Source: Balanoglossus misakiensis (taxonomy: Eukaryota > Animalia > Hemichordata). Taken from it: DNA of 64,000 nt. The notes beneath the pieces are model-generated. The model was not told the DNA's origin. It ran no database searches and was given only the letters and a program-made list of their open reading frames with translations. The stretch is from assembly GCA_040954595.2 (NCBI GenBank), contig JBECUI020000034.1, forward strand, positions 62,001 to 126,000, written 5' to 3'. Numbering within the stretch: position 1 is the first letter of the stretch; the number at the start of each line of letters is the position of its first letter. The translations under genes and the position numbers were made by a program. This document shows, piece by piece, positions 48,851 to 59,404 of the stretch.

Positions 48851-50562
48851 ATGCAGGGGCTTCTTCGCCTGCTTACTTCTTTACCGGTTGCAGAGCGGGC
48901 ACGCTATCAAATGATTATAAATGATAGTGTGCATTTCCCATTTATCCCCTTCGTTCAGAAGGAGGAGCAAGAAATTGGCGGCATTCTTCGACGAGCAGAA
49001 TATGAGCTTAATCGTTTAGGGCTCTGGCGTCGTTTGAGAGTTGCAATGCATTCGGTTACAACTGGGACAAATAAAAATACGGCATATATTAACTTATACC
49101 TTCGGCGATCTGCGAGGGCGATAAACAAAAAAAAGAAGTTTATTAATATTAATTCTGCTGTTTTAACTGCAAACTTTTTCTTTCGCTTAATGCAGCTCTA
49201 TTCTATCATTGAACCGATACAGGAATTCTGGAAAAAAAGTTGGAAAAATGTTGATTCCCTTCGTGAATTACTGACCGATTACATACTTCGTGTGCTCCCA
49301 TCGGATATTTATCATTTGCATACCTATATCAGTAAGGAAGAAATCATAGAAATAATGAGCACACCGGGTAGTGATCAAAAAGCATTTCGTGTTCTTAGAG
49401 AAAAAATAAAAGCGTCAATGAACAATCTTCCTGTGGGTACATTTGAGCGGATTGAGAAAGAATTATTGCCTTTTTTCATTTTTCGTGATATCTGTTGTTT
49501 TGATTTTCAGCGCTTTTTTCAACTCTTTAGTACGACAAATAGCAAAAATTTGTTTTTTGCTCCGCGCCCTGAGGTTGAATTTCTTACCTGTCGACATATT
49601 CTACACGAGTTGTTCTTTGCGATAAATAAAATTTTGCAATTACCTGATGACTTTTTCCCTGCAGCGGACCTGATACAAGTTATAGGAGAAAAATTCTCCT
49701 GCGATACTTCGATAATTAAACAATCAATGCATGAGTGTCGATCATTTGTTTCCGAAAACTTTAGCTCTTCCACTATGAAACATATTTTGCGCTGTGTTTA
49801 CTATGATCCGTATTATAACCCGCAGTTTCCTTCCATGGCTTGGGACCCCAAAAAGTTTTATTATACGGATATTTTTCTTCGACAGTGGCAGGCATTGACC
49901 TACGGCATGGGGCTATTGGATAGTGAACTAACAATGGCAAGTGTAAGAAGCCTCTTCCCTACCAGTATTGGGTCTTTTAAGCATGTTGAAAAGTATCCCT
50001 GCAGTTATGCAGAACAACTTTCATTAACTCCGATACTGCATCTTACTGAGTTAGAAATGCTTTCGGCATTTGTATCGGGTGTTTTTATAGGTAAAATTCT
50101 TCCGTGGGTACACAATCTACAATGTATTTCGGGTGCGGATAATATGTTTGCAAATATACTGCTTATTAAACATGAATTTGAAGCACTGGACAAGGATATT
50201 CAGAAATTTGATATGCAGTTTGCACGAAAAGACTCCATGGGTATGCGATTTTCATCGCTTTGTCTTGCTATGCAGCGAAAGGAGCATGCATATCAGGAGC
50301 GTGAGGAATATAATGCTCTTGCAGAAAAGTGCAATCAAAGTGGGAAGAGAATTTTGCAAAGGGAATAAACCTATTTAACAGATTATCTGAATTTCTTGGC
50401 AATAGTCTTTTTGAGAAATTGCAAACAGCAATGGCCGCTCATTCCAATAAGGAAATCGAGGCAAGAAATCAAGAGAGTGACCAATGTTATAAGTTTCATT
50501 CCATGGTTTTGGCTGTTACAGCAGTTCTCGTTACGGGACTATCGATGGATGGCAAAACTTAA
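48851..50562 (+). CDS. Spirochete-type hypothetical helical protein, DUF5312-like (frameshift near 50360)
   Basis: Long ORF 48851-50368 continuing in 50329-50562. The family is assigned from the position after thiN and vague similarity only. Confidence 0.5.
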
Positions 50563-50566
50563 AAGC

Positions 50567-51430
50567 TTAAAAGAGGGTGCAAATTTGTGTTAACTCGGTA
50601 ATAATATAATCCGGCTGGAGATCTTTGCATTGCGGAATGTTTTTGCGTTCTCTGATCGAACGAGCATCACCTGCAAAGAGAGCGGTACTTATTCCTTCTT
50701 GTTTTGCACCCCAGACATCGTTCAGCATATCATTGCCGACATAGAGCAATTCCATCGGTTCAAAGCAATGTTTTTCAGTATAGTGTTCTCTTGCCTGAAT
50801 AAAGAGTTCTCTCTCTGGTTTTGCATAACCCTGCTCATAGGACCAGAGGGAAAAAGAACAGCCTAGTTCGAAAACATTCTTACCGAAAAAGGCGGGGAAG
50901 AGTAGTTTGGTATAGAACTGGGCATTGGAAATAATGCCCCATGGTATATTTTTCTTGTTCAGGAAGGAAAACACTTCTTGTATTCCAGGCATGGGCCAAA
51001 CAGGATTTGCCCGCAGTTCATATTCGAGAGCAATTTCTATTGGGCTTATAAACTGTACGTTTTCTGCATGGAGAAGTTCTTCCCATATACGAATATTGTC
51101 TATTTCAGGATACTTTGTTTCCTTTTTTTTTCTCTGTGCTGCATGAATGAGGTCATGGTATCTATGGTATATCTTCTTTGCCTGTAACCATGAGAGTGAA
51201 ACATTGAACGTTTGAAAGGTTTCCCCGATAATATGAGTTAGGGAATCGACATTCTTTGTTGGAGATATATCACCTGCATGAGAAATAAATAATGTACCGT
51301 AAATGTCGAAAATAAAAGCACGTATCGGCTGTGGATTATTACTGGCTGCCGAAACTCCTGTGGGAATAGGGGATATCGGGTAACTGAGTAATTGTATGCG
51401 ATCAATAAGTTTTGTATTGTATACTTCCAT
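50567..51430 (-). CDS. HAD-family hydrolase
   Basis: FIFDIYGTL, IISNAQFYT, AKP, YVGNDMLND. Confidence 0.9.
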   Translation of the reverse strand: MEVYNTKLIDRIQLLSYPISPIPTGVSAASNNPQPIRAFIFDIYGTLFISHAGDISPTKNVDSLTHIIGETFQTFNVSLSWLQAKKIYHRYHDLIHAAQRKKKETKYPEIDNIRIWEELLHAENVQFISPIEIALEYELRANPVWPMPGIQEVFSFLNKKNIPWGIISNAQFYTKLLFPAFFGKNVFELGCSFSLWSYEQGYAKPERELFIQAREHYTEKHCFEPMELLYVGNDMLNDVWGAKQEGISTALFAGDARSIRERKNIPQCKDLQPDYIITELTQICTLF

Positions 51431-51459
51431 AATCTTGGTATAATTTTATAATAGTTTGT

Positions 51460-51801
51460 ATGAAAAATGAATCAAATACCAGATCTTATTTACTCTTGCT
51501 CCGAAAAATTTCGACTTACTTCTTTTTTCTCCTTCTTTTAGGCCTTACTATACAGGTTTTTGGGCATTTTCAAAATTTTTCTTTTAAGAATCAAAAATTT
51601 GTATTAACGTTTTTACGTGTCTGTAGTCCCGTAACTTTTTTCTTTGCACTTTATGCTATGATTTTTACCCTTGTGCATCATCAGTTGCTGCGTGGCCGCT
51701 TGCTACACATCTTGCTGCTGTATATATTTTATGCTGTTGTAGGAACGGTGAGTACCATGTTTGTCTTGGTATGGGATATTTTTATGTTACCGGGGAGGTA
51801 G
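51460..51801 (+). CDS. Small hypothetical membrane protein (3 TM)
   Basis: Three hydrophobic segments; GHFQNF motif; TATAAT 7 nt before the ATG. Confidence 0.65.
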   Translation: MKNESNTRSYLLLLRKISTYFFFLLLLGLTIQVFGHFQNFSFKNQKFVLTFLRVCSPVTFFFALYAMIFTLVHHQLLRGRLLHILLLYIFYAVVGTVSTMFVLVWDIFMLPGR

Positions 51802-51804
51802 GAG

Positions 51805-52167
51805 ATGGGGGAAAGAGTGCAAGCAGTCCGTGGCGCAATTCAATCTGCGAAAAATGATAAGGAAGCGATTTGTACAGCTGTTCGAAAACTCATTCGTACA
51901 GTGATGCAGACGAATAAGATAGATGAGCATGACATTATCAGCATACTGTTTACCCAAACACGTGATCTCACCTGCGCTAATCCTGCAGGATGTTTGCGAG
52001 ATATTGGATTTCAACATACACCTCTTTTTTGTGCACAGGAACCTGATTATCAAGGTTCGATGGAGCGAGTGATACGAGTACTCATTACCTGGCATGCCGA
52101 TTCGGACCAGAGAGTGCAGAGCGTATATCTTGACGGAGCCGAAACCTTGCGCAAGGATCTTCTCTAA
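51805..52167 (+). CDS. aroH: Chorismate mutase, AroH class
   Basis: AVRGAIQ, ISILFTQTRDL..ANPA, PLFCAQEP, RVIRVL, VYLDGAETLRKDL. Confidence 0.92.
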   Translation: MGERVQAVRGAIQSAKNDKEAICTAVRKLIRTVMQTNKIDEHDIISILFTQTRDLTCANPAGCLRDIGFQHTPLFCAQEPDYQGSMERVIRVLITWHADSDQRVQSVYLDGAETLRKDLL

Positions 52168-52168
52168 A

Positions 52169-52940
52169 ATGCATACGTTTCAGCGGAGAACGGAAATACG
52201 GCAACTACTCATGTCCGCTCGTATTGTCAAACGTATCCTCATTGATGTACAACCAATGATTGTACAGGGGACGAATACAAAAACTATAGAAACATTTATT
52301 TCGCGCTCCCTGCGGAACTCAGGCGTTACGAATCTACTGGAAACGCAGTTCGGTTTTCCTGCGGCTGCCTGCATATCGGTAAACGAGGTTGCAGCCCATG
52401 GCGTTCCCGGTTCGCACTCATTGCGTAATGGAGATGTTATTACTATTGACTTAGGCATTGCTCGGGGCGAATGGGCGGGTGATGCTGCATGGAGCTATGT
52501 TGTTGGCAATGAAAACAAAGAAAGTCTGCATCTGGTTCAAGCGGCATGGTCGGTTGCACGAGCGGGGGTTCAGGCGGCGCAGGCGGGAAAACGGATTGGA
52601 GACATAGCCACTGCCATTCGACAAGAGTCTGAGCGGTGGAAAATAAATCTTTTTGCCTGTTTTGCCGGGCATGGGATTGGGCGCATGATTCATGAAGAAC
52701 CCATTATTGCCTATACGATAGAATCCGGGGAAAGGAGTAGTCTTAAAACCGGGCATGGTCTTGAATATTGAACCGATTGTAACCTTCGGGAATACTAATA
52801 TTAAGAAGCAGGATGATGGCTGGAGTTATATTACTGTCGATCGAAGTTGGAGTGCACAGTTTGAACATACAGTTGCGATATATGAAGATCAAACAAAAAT
52901 ATTAACCTGTAACGATTTATCGGTGGATTTTTTTGCCTGA
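52169..52940 (+). CDS. map: Methionine aminopeptidase type I (frameshift at ~52748)
   Basis: CISVNEVAAHGVP, GDVITIDLG, GDAAWS, GHGIGR.IHEEP, NIEP, SAQFEHTV; an extra A in an A4 run. Confidence 0.92.
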
Positions 52941-52967
52941 AACGCCGATATTGCTGGCATAAACTTG

Positions 52968-52997
52968 TTGACACATTAATAAAAAAAACACTATACT
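52968..52997 (+). promoter_or_regulatory. sigma70-type promoter for tRNA-Thr/tRNA-Tyr
   Basis: TTGACA-N18-TATACT. Confidence 0.65.
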
Positions 52998-53009
52998 AGG
53001 TAATTACAG

Positions 53010-53081
53010 GCCATCTTAGCTCAGAGGTAGAGCACGTGATTTGTAATCTCGGGGTCGTCGGTTCAATTCCGACAGATGGCT
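53010..53081 (+). tRNA. tRNA-Thr(TGT)
   Basis: GCCATCT/AGATGGC acceptor, anticodon loop TTTGTAA, T-arm GTCGG-TTCAATT-CCGAC. Confidence 0.94.
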
Positions 53082-53119
53082 TGCTGAACACTGAAAATAT
53101 GTATTATTATTACATAATG

Positions 53120-53201
53120 GGGGAGTTTCCCGAGCGGTCAAAGGGGGCAGACTGTAAATCTGTTGGCTCAGCCTTCGAAGGTTCGAATCATTCACTCCCC
53201 A
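53120..53201 (+). tRNA. tRNA-Tyr(GTA)
   Basis: GGGGAGT/ACTCCCC acceptor, GCAGA-CTGTAAA-TCTGT anticodon arm, long variable arm; one T-stem mismatch. Confidence 0.92.
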
Positions 53202-53226
53202 TGTATCAGCTCGTTTTGAGGAAAAA

Positions 53227-54170
53227 ATGAGACTTGTAATATGGGGGTCCCGTGGATCGTGTCCTGCACCTCTTGACCCATTTGCTGTCCGCAGGAAATT
53301 AACATCTCTTATACACAGGATCAAGCCGGAACATCTTGTATCTGATGAAACGAAACAAGAGTTCCTTACATCCCTTCCTGAGTGGCTATACGGAACAGTT
53401 GGTGGAAACACTCCCTGTGTTGAAATCCGAGGGGAAACGGACTATGGACTTATTTTTTGATGCAGGAAGCGGAATTATAGGCCTCGAAACCGCCATTTTA
53501 GTCAGGAGAACCCTCCTTCTGTATACCATATATTTTTTACGCATTTTCACTATGATCATATTCAAGGTCTTCCATTCTTTGGTCCGGCATACGATCCTTC
53601 CATTGCTATCCATTTTTATAGTCCGGTACCGAATTTTGAGCAAATACTGAGGAATCAGATGAGACATCCATTTTTCCCTATTACAATGGAAGGAAGAATG
53701 ACCCCGAATATGTTTTTTCATGTACTGGAAGGGTCGGAATTTGATTTAGCACCTTATACCATACGATGGCGTTATTTAAACCATCCAGGAGGTGCACATG
53801 GCTACCGAATTGACAGCAATAATCGCAGTTTTGCCTATGTAACAGACGTAGAACTTATGCCGAAGGATTTTGAACGCAGCAGTGACAATGTTCTCTTTTA
53901 GATAAGTTACATGTTCTTGTTCTGGATACACCCTACACCCTCGGAGAAGCGATTGAGAAATATAACTGGGGACATTCTTCTTTCACCCATGGCGTTGAGT
54001 TTGCGCATACTTGGCAGGCTGAGACCCTATTCATGTTTCATCATGAGCCTCGTTACGACGATCAGCGATTGTACCTTAATTTGCAATCTGCTCGATGGTA
54101 TGCAAAGAGTCTCGGAAACACAGATCTACGTATTTTTCTTGCTACTGAGGGGAGAGAATATGAAATCTGA
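53227..54170 (+). CDS. MBL-fold metallo-hydrolase (multiple frameshifts)
   Basis: WGSRGSCPAP, GGNTPCVEI, DAGSG, THFHYDHIQGLPFF, NHPGG, YVTDVE, WGHSS, FHHEP across several frames. Confidence 0.88.
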
Positions 54171-54360
54171 GTTTCAGTCTTTTCAAATGGACAATGACGA
54201 GGTGCAACATTTATATTCCTTTCTCCGTACATGTGAAGATGGCCTAGACAAGGAGATGCTTGGAATTCTTGAGAAATTGCAGCATTATATGTTTCAGTCC
54301 TATAGCATTGAAGAGATTGAAGCATTGCTTCAGGTACCTAGGAGAAATCAAAGGACATAA
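54160..54360 (+). CDS. Small hypothetical protein (66 aa)
   Basis: ATG after GAGGGGAG; helical pattern LY.FL...ED.LD..M..IL..L...YSIEEIE fills the gap before the next gene. Confidence 0.55.
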   Translation: MKSEFQSFQMDNDEVQHLYSFLRTCEDGLDKEMLGILEKLQHYMFQSYSIEEIEALLQVPRRNQRT

Positions 54361-54367
54361 CACTTCA

Positions 54368-57300
54368 ATGAATTGTATTCCCCGTATTCTTTCTATTTTG
54401 TTCTTTTTTCATCTGCCGATCTTGCTTTTTGCGCAGACTGCAAATGGCACGCATCTATACTACCGGTATCTTTCTCCCCAATATTTTGCTCTGGGGGTAT
54501 CGGTAGCTCGCTCTGAGTCGATACTTGATGCCGCTGTTAATCCGGCACTCAATGCAAAGGTGCAACGTTTTCATTTGCAGGCTAATTATGCGACGCTTAT
54601 TGATGATAGTCCTAAAATTAGCGGCCATTTTGCCAATGTAGGTCTGGGCATCCCCTCGCCATACGGAGTATTCATGGTGTCAGGGCACTTCATTAATGCC
54701 GATAGTCCGCATCTATCTTTGGGAACATCCGGTACGTTCCATTTTGCCTTTTCCAAGGCAATTACCGAAAATTTTTGGTTTGGTACCGGATTACGCGCCC
54801 AAGTTGGCGGAAGTGGGAATTACATTGATTGGGGACTTGGTGCGGATTTAGGTATGGCATACACTTTTCAGTTAGAGGCAATCCCCTATGTTCGTCTTGG
54901 TCTTGCATTGCAGCAAATGGGCAAATGGTTTGTTCCGCGCCCTGGACTTTTTTCAATGCCCGAACCCTTTACTCTTGCCTTTGGTACGGAAACTATGTTC
55001 TTGGATCGCGATAATGTCGCCATATCCTTGAATACGAACCTCAGTCTGCCCTTCTTTCAGAGTCTACGCAGTGACATCGGACTTCGGTTCAGCTTCTTCG
55101 ACATGGTAGAGATATACACTTCTATGCGGTTGGACTTGGATGGTCTGTTGGACCGTCTCCAGCCGATGCATTCCCTATATCCCAGCTTTGGCATAAACTT
55201 TCGCATCCCATTGTCACAGGATGTACAGCAAAAAAGACCTGAAATAGAAATTAGGGCCGCATCAAGCCCTCTTAACAAGAACTACTGGATTGCCGGTGCC
55301 GAAGTAGTAGTGGCTTTTGGACAGATAGACAGAAATCCGCCTGAGGTACAGATCGGCTTTGACGAGGCGAACAATTATATTTCACCAAACAATGACGGAA
55401 CACAGGATATGCTGAACATTGATCTTGCCATCACTGATGAGCGATACGTTCAAAGCTATCGCATGGACATATTTAACAGTGATGGAACACTTGTGCATAC
55501 TATTAAGAATGCAGAAAACAGAGTAGAAAATCAGGTTAGAAACTTTTTTGTTCGCTTTGTTGCCGCTGATAAGGGAATTAGCATTCCTCCGAGTCTTCAT
55601 TGGAACGGTATAATGGATGACGGCACAATTGCCCCCTCTGGAGAATACTATTTTCATCTTTTATCCGAAGACGATAACGGCAACATTTTTGCAAGCAAGG
55701 ACTATCGCTTTATTATTGATCGAGAGCCGCCCGAGTTGGAACTTACTCCATTGTTAGGCAGCGAGTTGATTTTTTCTCCAAACGGAGACGGGAAACGCGA
55801 TTCCTTAACAATTACACAGAAGGGAAGCCGAGAGAAGAGCTGGATAGCCGGCATTTATAGGGGAGACGGAACGGTAATGCGGAGTTTTACCAGAAGCAAT
55901 AGTCCCTTGGCATCCATTGTATGGGATGGGAGAGACAATGAAGGAATTACCGTACCTGACGGAGTATACCGGTATACTGTAGAGGGAACAGACAATGCAG
56001 GAAACAGCACGAGTAGTTTCATACAAAATATTATTGTTAGAACGGATCCTACCCCGATAGCTCTGCGGATTGATCGGCGCTATTTTTCCCCGAATAGGGA
56101 CGACCGAGCCGACACCATTCAGATTCTGCCTCAGTTGGAAAATAAGTTGGGCATTGTTAACTGGGAGTTATTGGTAAGCGAGGTCGACGGTGAGGTAGTT
56201 CGGGGGTACAGCGGCACCGAATTACTGGAAGCCATCAGTTTTGATGGGTACAGCGAGTCCTCTACCGTCTTACCCGATGGCAAATACTTTGCGCATCTCA
56301 AGGTGTACTATATACACGGCAATCGCCCGGAGGTAAGTTCACCGGAGTTCATTATTGATACGCAACACCCGGTTGCCAGTTTATCAGCTGATATTTCCAT
56401 AATTTCCCCCAACGGTGATCAAATCAAGGATGAAATCCGATTTGTTCAGTCTTCCTCTTTCGAAGAGGAGTGGATTGCAGAAATTACCGACAGTGCCGGA
56501 AAAATTGTACACAAGAAAACATGGTCCGGTGCAATTCCCCGTGAATACGTTTGGGCGGGACGGCTCTCTGACGGCAGAATTGCTTCGGACGGAGAATACA
56601 GCTACACCCTGTTTAGTGAAGATAGAGCTGAAAATAGAAGTACTGTCGAATCAATTAATTTTTCTGTTGATACAAGCACCGCAGCAATTCTTTTTTCTTC
56701 GGAGTTTCTTGCCTTTTCACCCAATAAGGATAATAAACAAGATGAAAATACCCTTTTTATTCGTCTGGATGGTGCAAATGTGGAGAAATACATTTGCACG
56801 ATAAGTACGAGTACCGGTACGGTAGTACGCACCTTTCAGGGGGTGAATCGAGTTCCCGAAACCATTTCTTGGGACGGGACGAACGATGAAAGAACTGTGG
56901 TCTCGGATGGTGAGTATCGAGCAGATATAGAAGTACTATTGAAGAATGGGAACAGTGTCAAGGCAACTGTGCCTACAATAGAGATTGATACCGGATATCC
57001 GACTGCGACAGTAAAAACGGACGAGGGCATATTTTCCCCAAACGGTGATGGGCTGAAAGATGAGATAAACATTGTACAGACATCAAGTAGGGAAGAAGAA
57101 TGGTCAGCTCATATTCTGTCGGAAACTGATGAAGTTCTGCGATCATTTACATGGTCCGATAGCAATTTGCCTCATTTACAATGGGACGGCAGCGACGAAA
57201 ACGGCAACATTCTACCCGATGGCTATTACTACTACGTCCTCAGCAGCCAGGACCCTGCTGGTAATCTGTATCAGTCCGATCCGCTGCCAATACATTTGGA

Positions 57301-58373
57301 TACCCGTCCTGCCTCTGTATTTCTGACAGCAGATACCCTTGCCATTGCACCGGACACTCGCAATATCAATAATATCAATAATGCCAATTTTTCTACAGGT
57401 TTTGTCAATTTTTCGGTTCTTCTTGACGATACTAATGATGTCGATGACTGGCAATTCATTATTCGAACAGAAGATAATGTCCCTTATTACAGCAAGAGTG
57501 GTACTATTGCCGAAAAGGAAATGCAATTTCAGTGGATGGGAAGCAATAATGAGGGTGAAATTCGGGAGGGCTTGTATATAGCAGAATTTTCTATCCGATA
57601 CACTCGTGGAGTTCATCCGCGTGCATCTTCACCGCCAATTCTCGTAGACATTTCACCTCCAAAAGCCTCGGTACAGTTGGATGCGCTTCCCTTTTCTCCT
57701 GATAATGATGGAATTAATGATACGTTGACAATTTTGCTTGATGTGTACGATGTCAGCGAGTACGGTAACTGGTCGTTTTCAATTTTTGATAGGAACAATA
57801 TCTTATTCCGGGAATTTAGCGGGACGAAGAAACCTGCTTCTGAGTTATTATGGGACGGGCGTTCACAAGATGGTGAACTCGTTATATCTGCGGAGGATTA
57901 CCCCTATACCTTTGAAATTACTGATGTCTTAGGAAATACAAGGGTTGTTTCCGGGAGCATTCCTGTCGATGTATTAGTTATTCGTCAAGGTGATGTACTA
58001 AAGGTGCGTATTTCATCAATTTATTTGAACCAAATTCACCTGAATTGTATGTAAATGAAGACGATCCGCGAGGCATTAAGAATAGAGAAGTTCTTACTCG
58101 TCTTACTGAGGTTTTTCAGCGTTATGATACCTATCGTATTCTTATTGAAGGGCATGCAGTAAATATTAGTGGAACTGCCATTGAAGAAGAAACGGAACTT
58201 TCCAGTTATCACTTGCACGAGCTATCAGTGTACAGGCGGCATTGGCGGAATACGGTATTGCATTTTCTCGCCTTATGGTTGCCGGTAGGGGTGGATCTCA
58301 ACCGATAGTTCCTCATACCGATTTGGAGCAACGGTGGAAGAATAGGCGAGTTGAGTTTATCTTGTTAAAGTAA
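54368..58373 (+). CDS. Large outer-envelope protein: N-terminal beta-barrel-like domain, 7-8 FlgD-Ig/CHU_C-like repeats, C-terminal OmpA-like domain (frameshifts near the C-terminus)
   Basis: Signal peptide; amphipathic beta-strands; repeated (F/I)SPNxD and W.G....G..V.DG.Y motifs; OmpA_C motifs ILIEGHA, LSLARA, KNRRVEFIL in the shifted frames. Confidence 0.85.
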
Positions 58374-58377
58374 AATT

Positions 58378-59400
58378 ATGAAAGCATGGCATGTTGTTGT
58401 TAGCAGTATATTAGTCCTTGTTGCAGGTATAGCAATTCTGGTAACGACAGGGTTATTTATGAACTCTCCCCCAGGTGAACATCTGGATCCAATATACTTT
58501 ATTGTGTATCCGGAAGAGTCTTTGCGCAGCATTGCTGCTCGACTTGAAGAAAATGAGATAATCCGCTCGGCAACTATGCTGGAGCTTTGGGCTCGCTGGA
58601 ATGGAACTGCCGCTTCTTTTCGGCAGGGACAGTATCTTATTCGACCGGAAGAAGGTATGACTACCATTCATGATCGACTGGTAAGTGGCGATGAGGTTGC
58701 TTTACGGGTTACTATTCCCGAAGGTTACACGACACGTAAAATTGCTGCCCGCTTGGAAGAACACGAAATAAGCGAAGCAGCTCTTTTTTTAGATGCCGTA
58801 TCTGACGGGAGCATTCTTGCTGAATATGGCATACGGGCTCAGACTGTAGAAGGCTTTTTATATCCTGATACCTACTTTTTCCCACGCAACTATGATGCAA
58901 AGAAGATTGTGGAACACATGGTTCGCACCTTCTTTACCAAACTGGAGAGGGTTTATCCTGATTTTCGAAGCCTCCCTCCACAAACAATTTATGATACTAT
59001 TGTTCTTGCAAGCATTATTGAGCGAGAGTACGTTGATGAACAAGAGGCACCGCTCATTGCATCTGTGTTTTATAACCGATTGGAGATTGGTATGAAACTG
59101 CAATCATGTGCGACTATTGTTTATGTTATGACCGAAGAAGAACAGTTGGAGCATCCTCAGCGCTTATTGTACAGCGATCTTAAGAGAGAATCATTGTATA
59201 ATACCTACCTACACAGTGGATTGCCTCCTGCTCCCATATCTAATCCCGGTCTGGTAGCATTAGCAGCGGCGTTTAATCCGGCTGAAACGGATTATTGGTT
59301 CTTTGTATTAAAAGGAGAAGATGCACAGCGACATTACTTTTCTCGTTCTCTTGAAGAACATTCTCAAGCAGCTTTTCTCTTTTTGAAGTCATCATCATAA
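58378..59400 (+). CDS. mltG: Endolytic transglycosylase MltG
   Basis: VTIPEG, EGFLYPDTY, LASIIERE, IASVFYNRL, LQSCAT, YNTY...GLPPAPISNPG. Confidence 0.96.
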   Translation: MKAWHVVVSSILVLVAGIAILVTTGLFMNSPPGEHLDPIYFIVYPEESLRSIAARLEENEIIRSATMLELWARWNGTAASFRQGQYLIRPEEGMTTIHDRLVSGDEVALRVTIPEGYTTRKIAARLEEHEISEAALFLDAVSDGSILAEYGIRAQTVEGFLYPDTYFFPRNYDAKKIVEHMVRTFFTKLERVYPDFRSLPPQTIYDTIVLASIIEREYVDEQEAPLIASVFYNRLEIGMKLQSCATIVYVMTEEEQLEHPQRLLYSDLKRESLYNTYLHSGLPPAPISNPGLVALAAAFNPAETDYWFFVLKGEDAQRHYFSRSLEEHSQAAFLFLKSSS

Positions 59401-59404
59401 ATAT

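Noticed and set aside
53177-53193. tRNA-Tyr T-stem G-A mismatch as evidence of a pseudo-tRNA or editing
   Set aside because: A single mismatch in an error-rich region; all other tRNA features are canonical.
53016-53411. ORFs overlapping tRNA-Thr/tRNA-Tyr (also 12870-13055 and 13903-14097)
   Set aside because: Spurious frames across tRNA genes.
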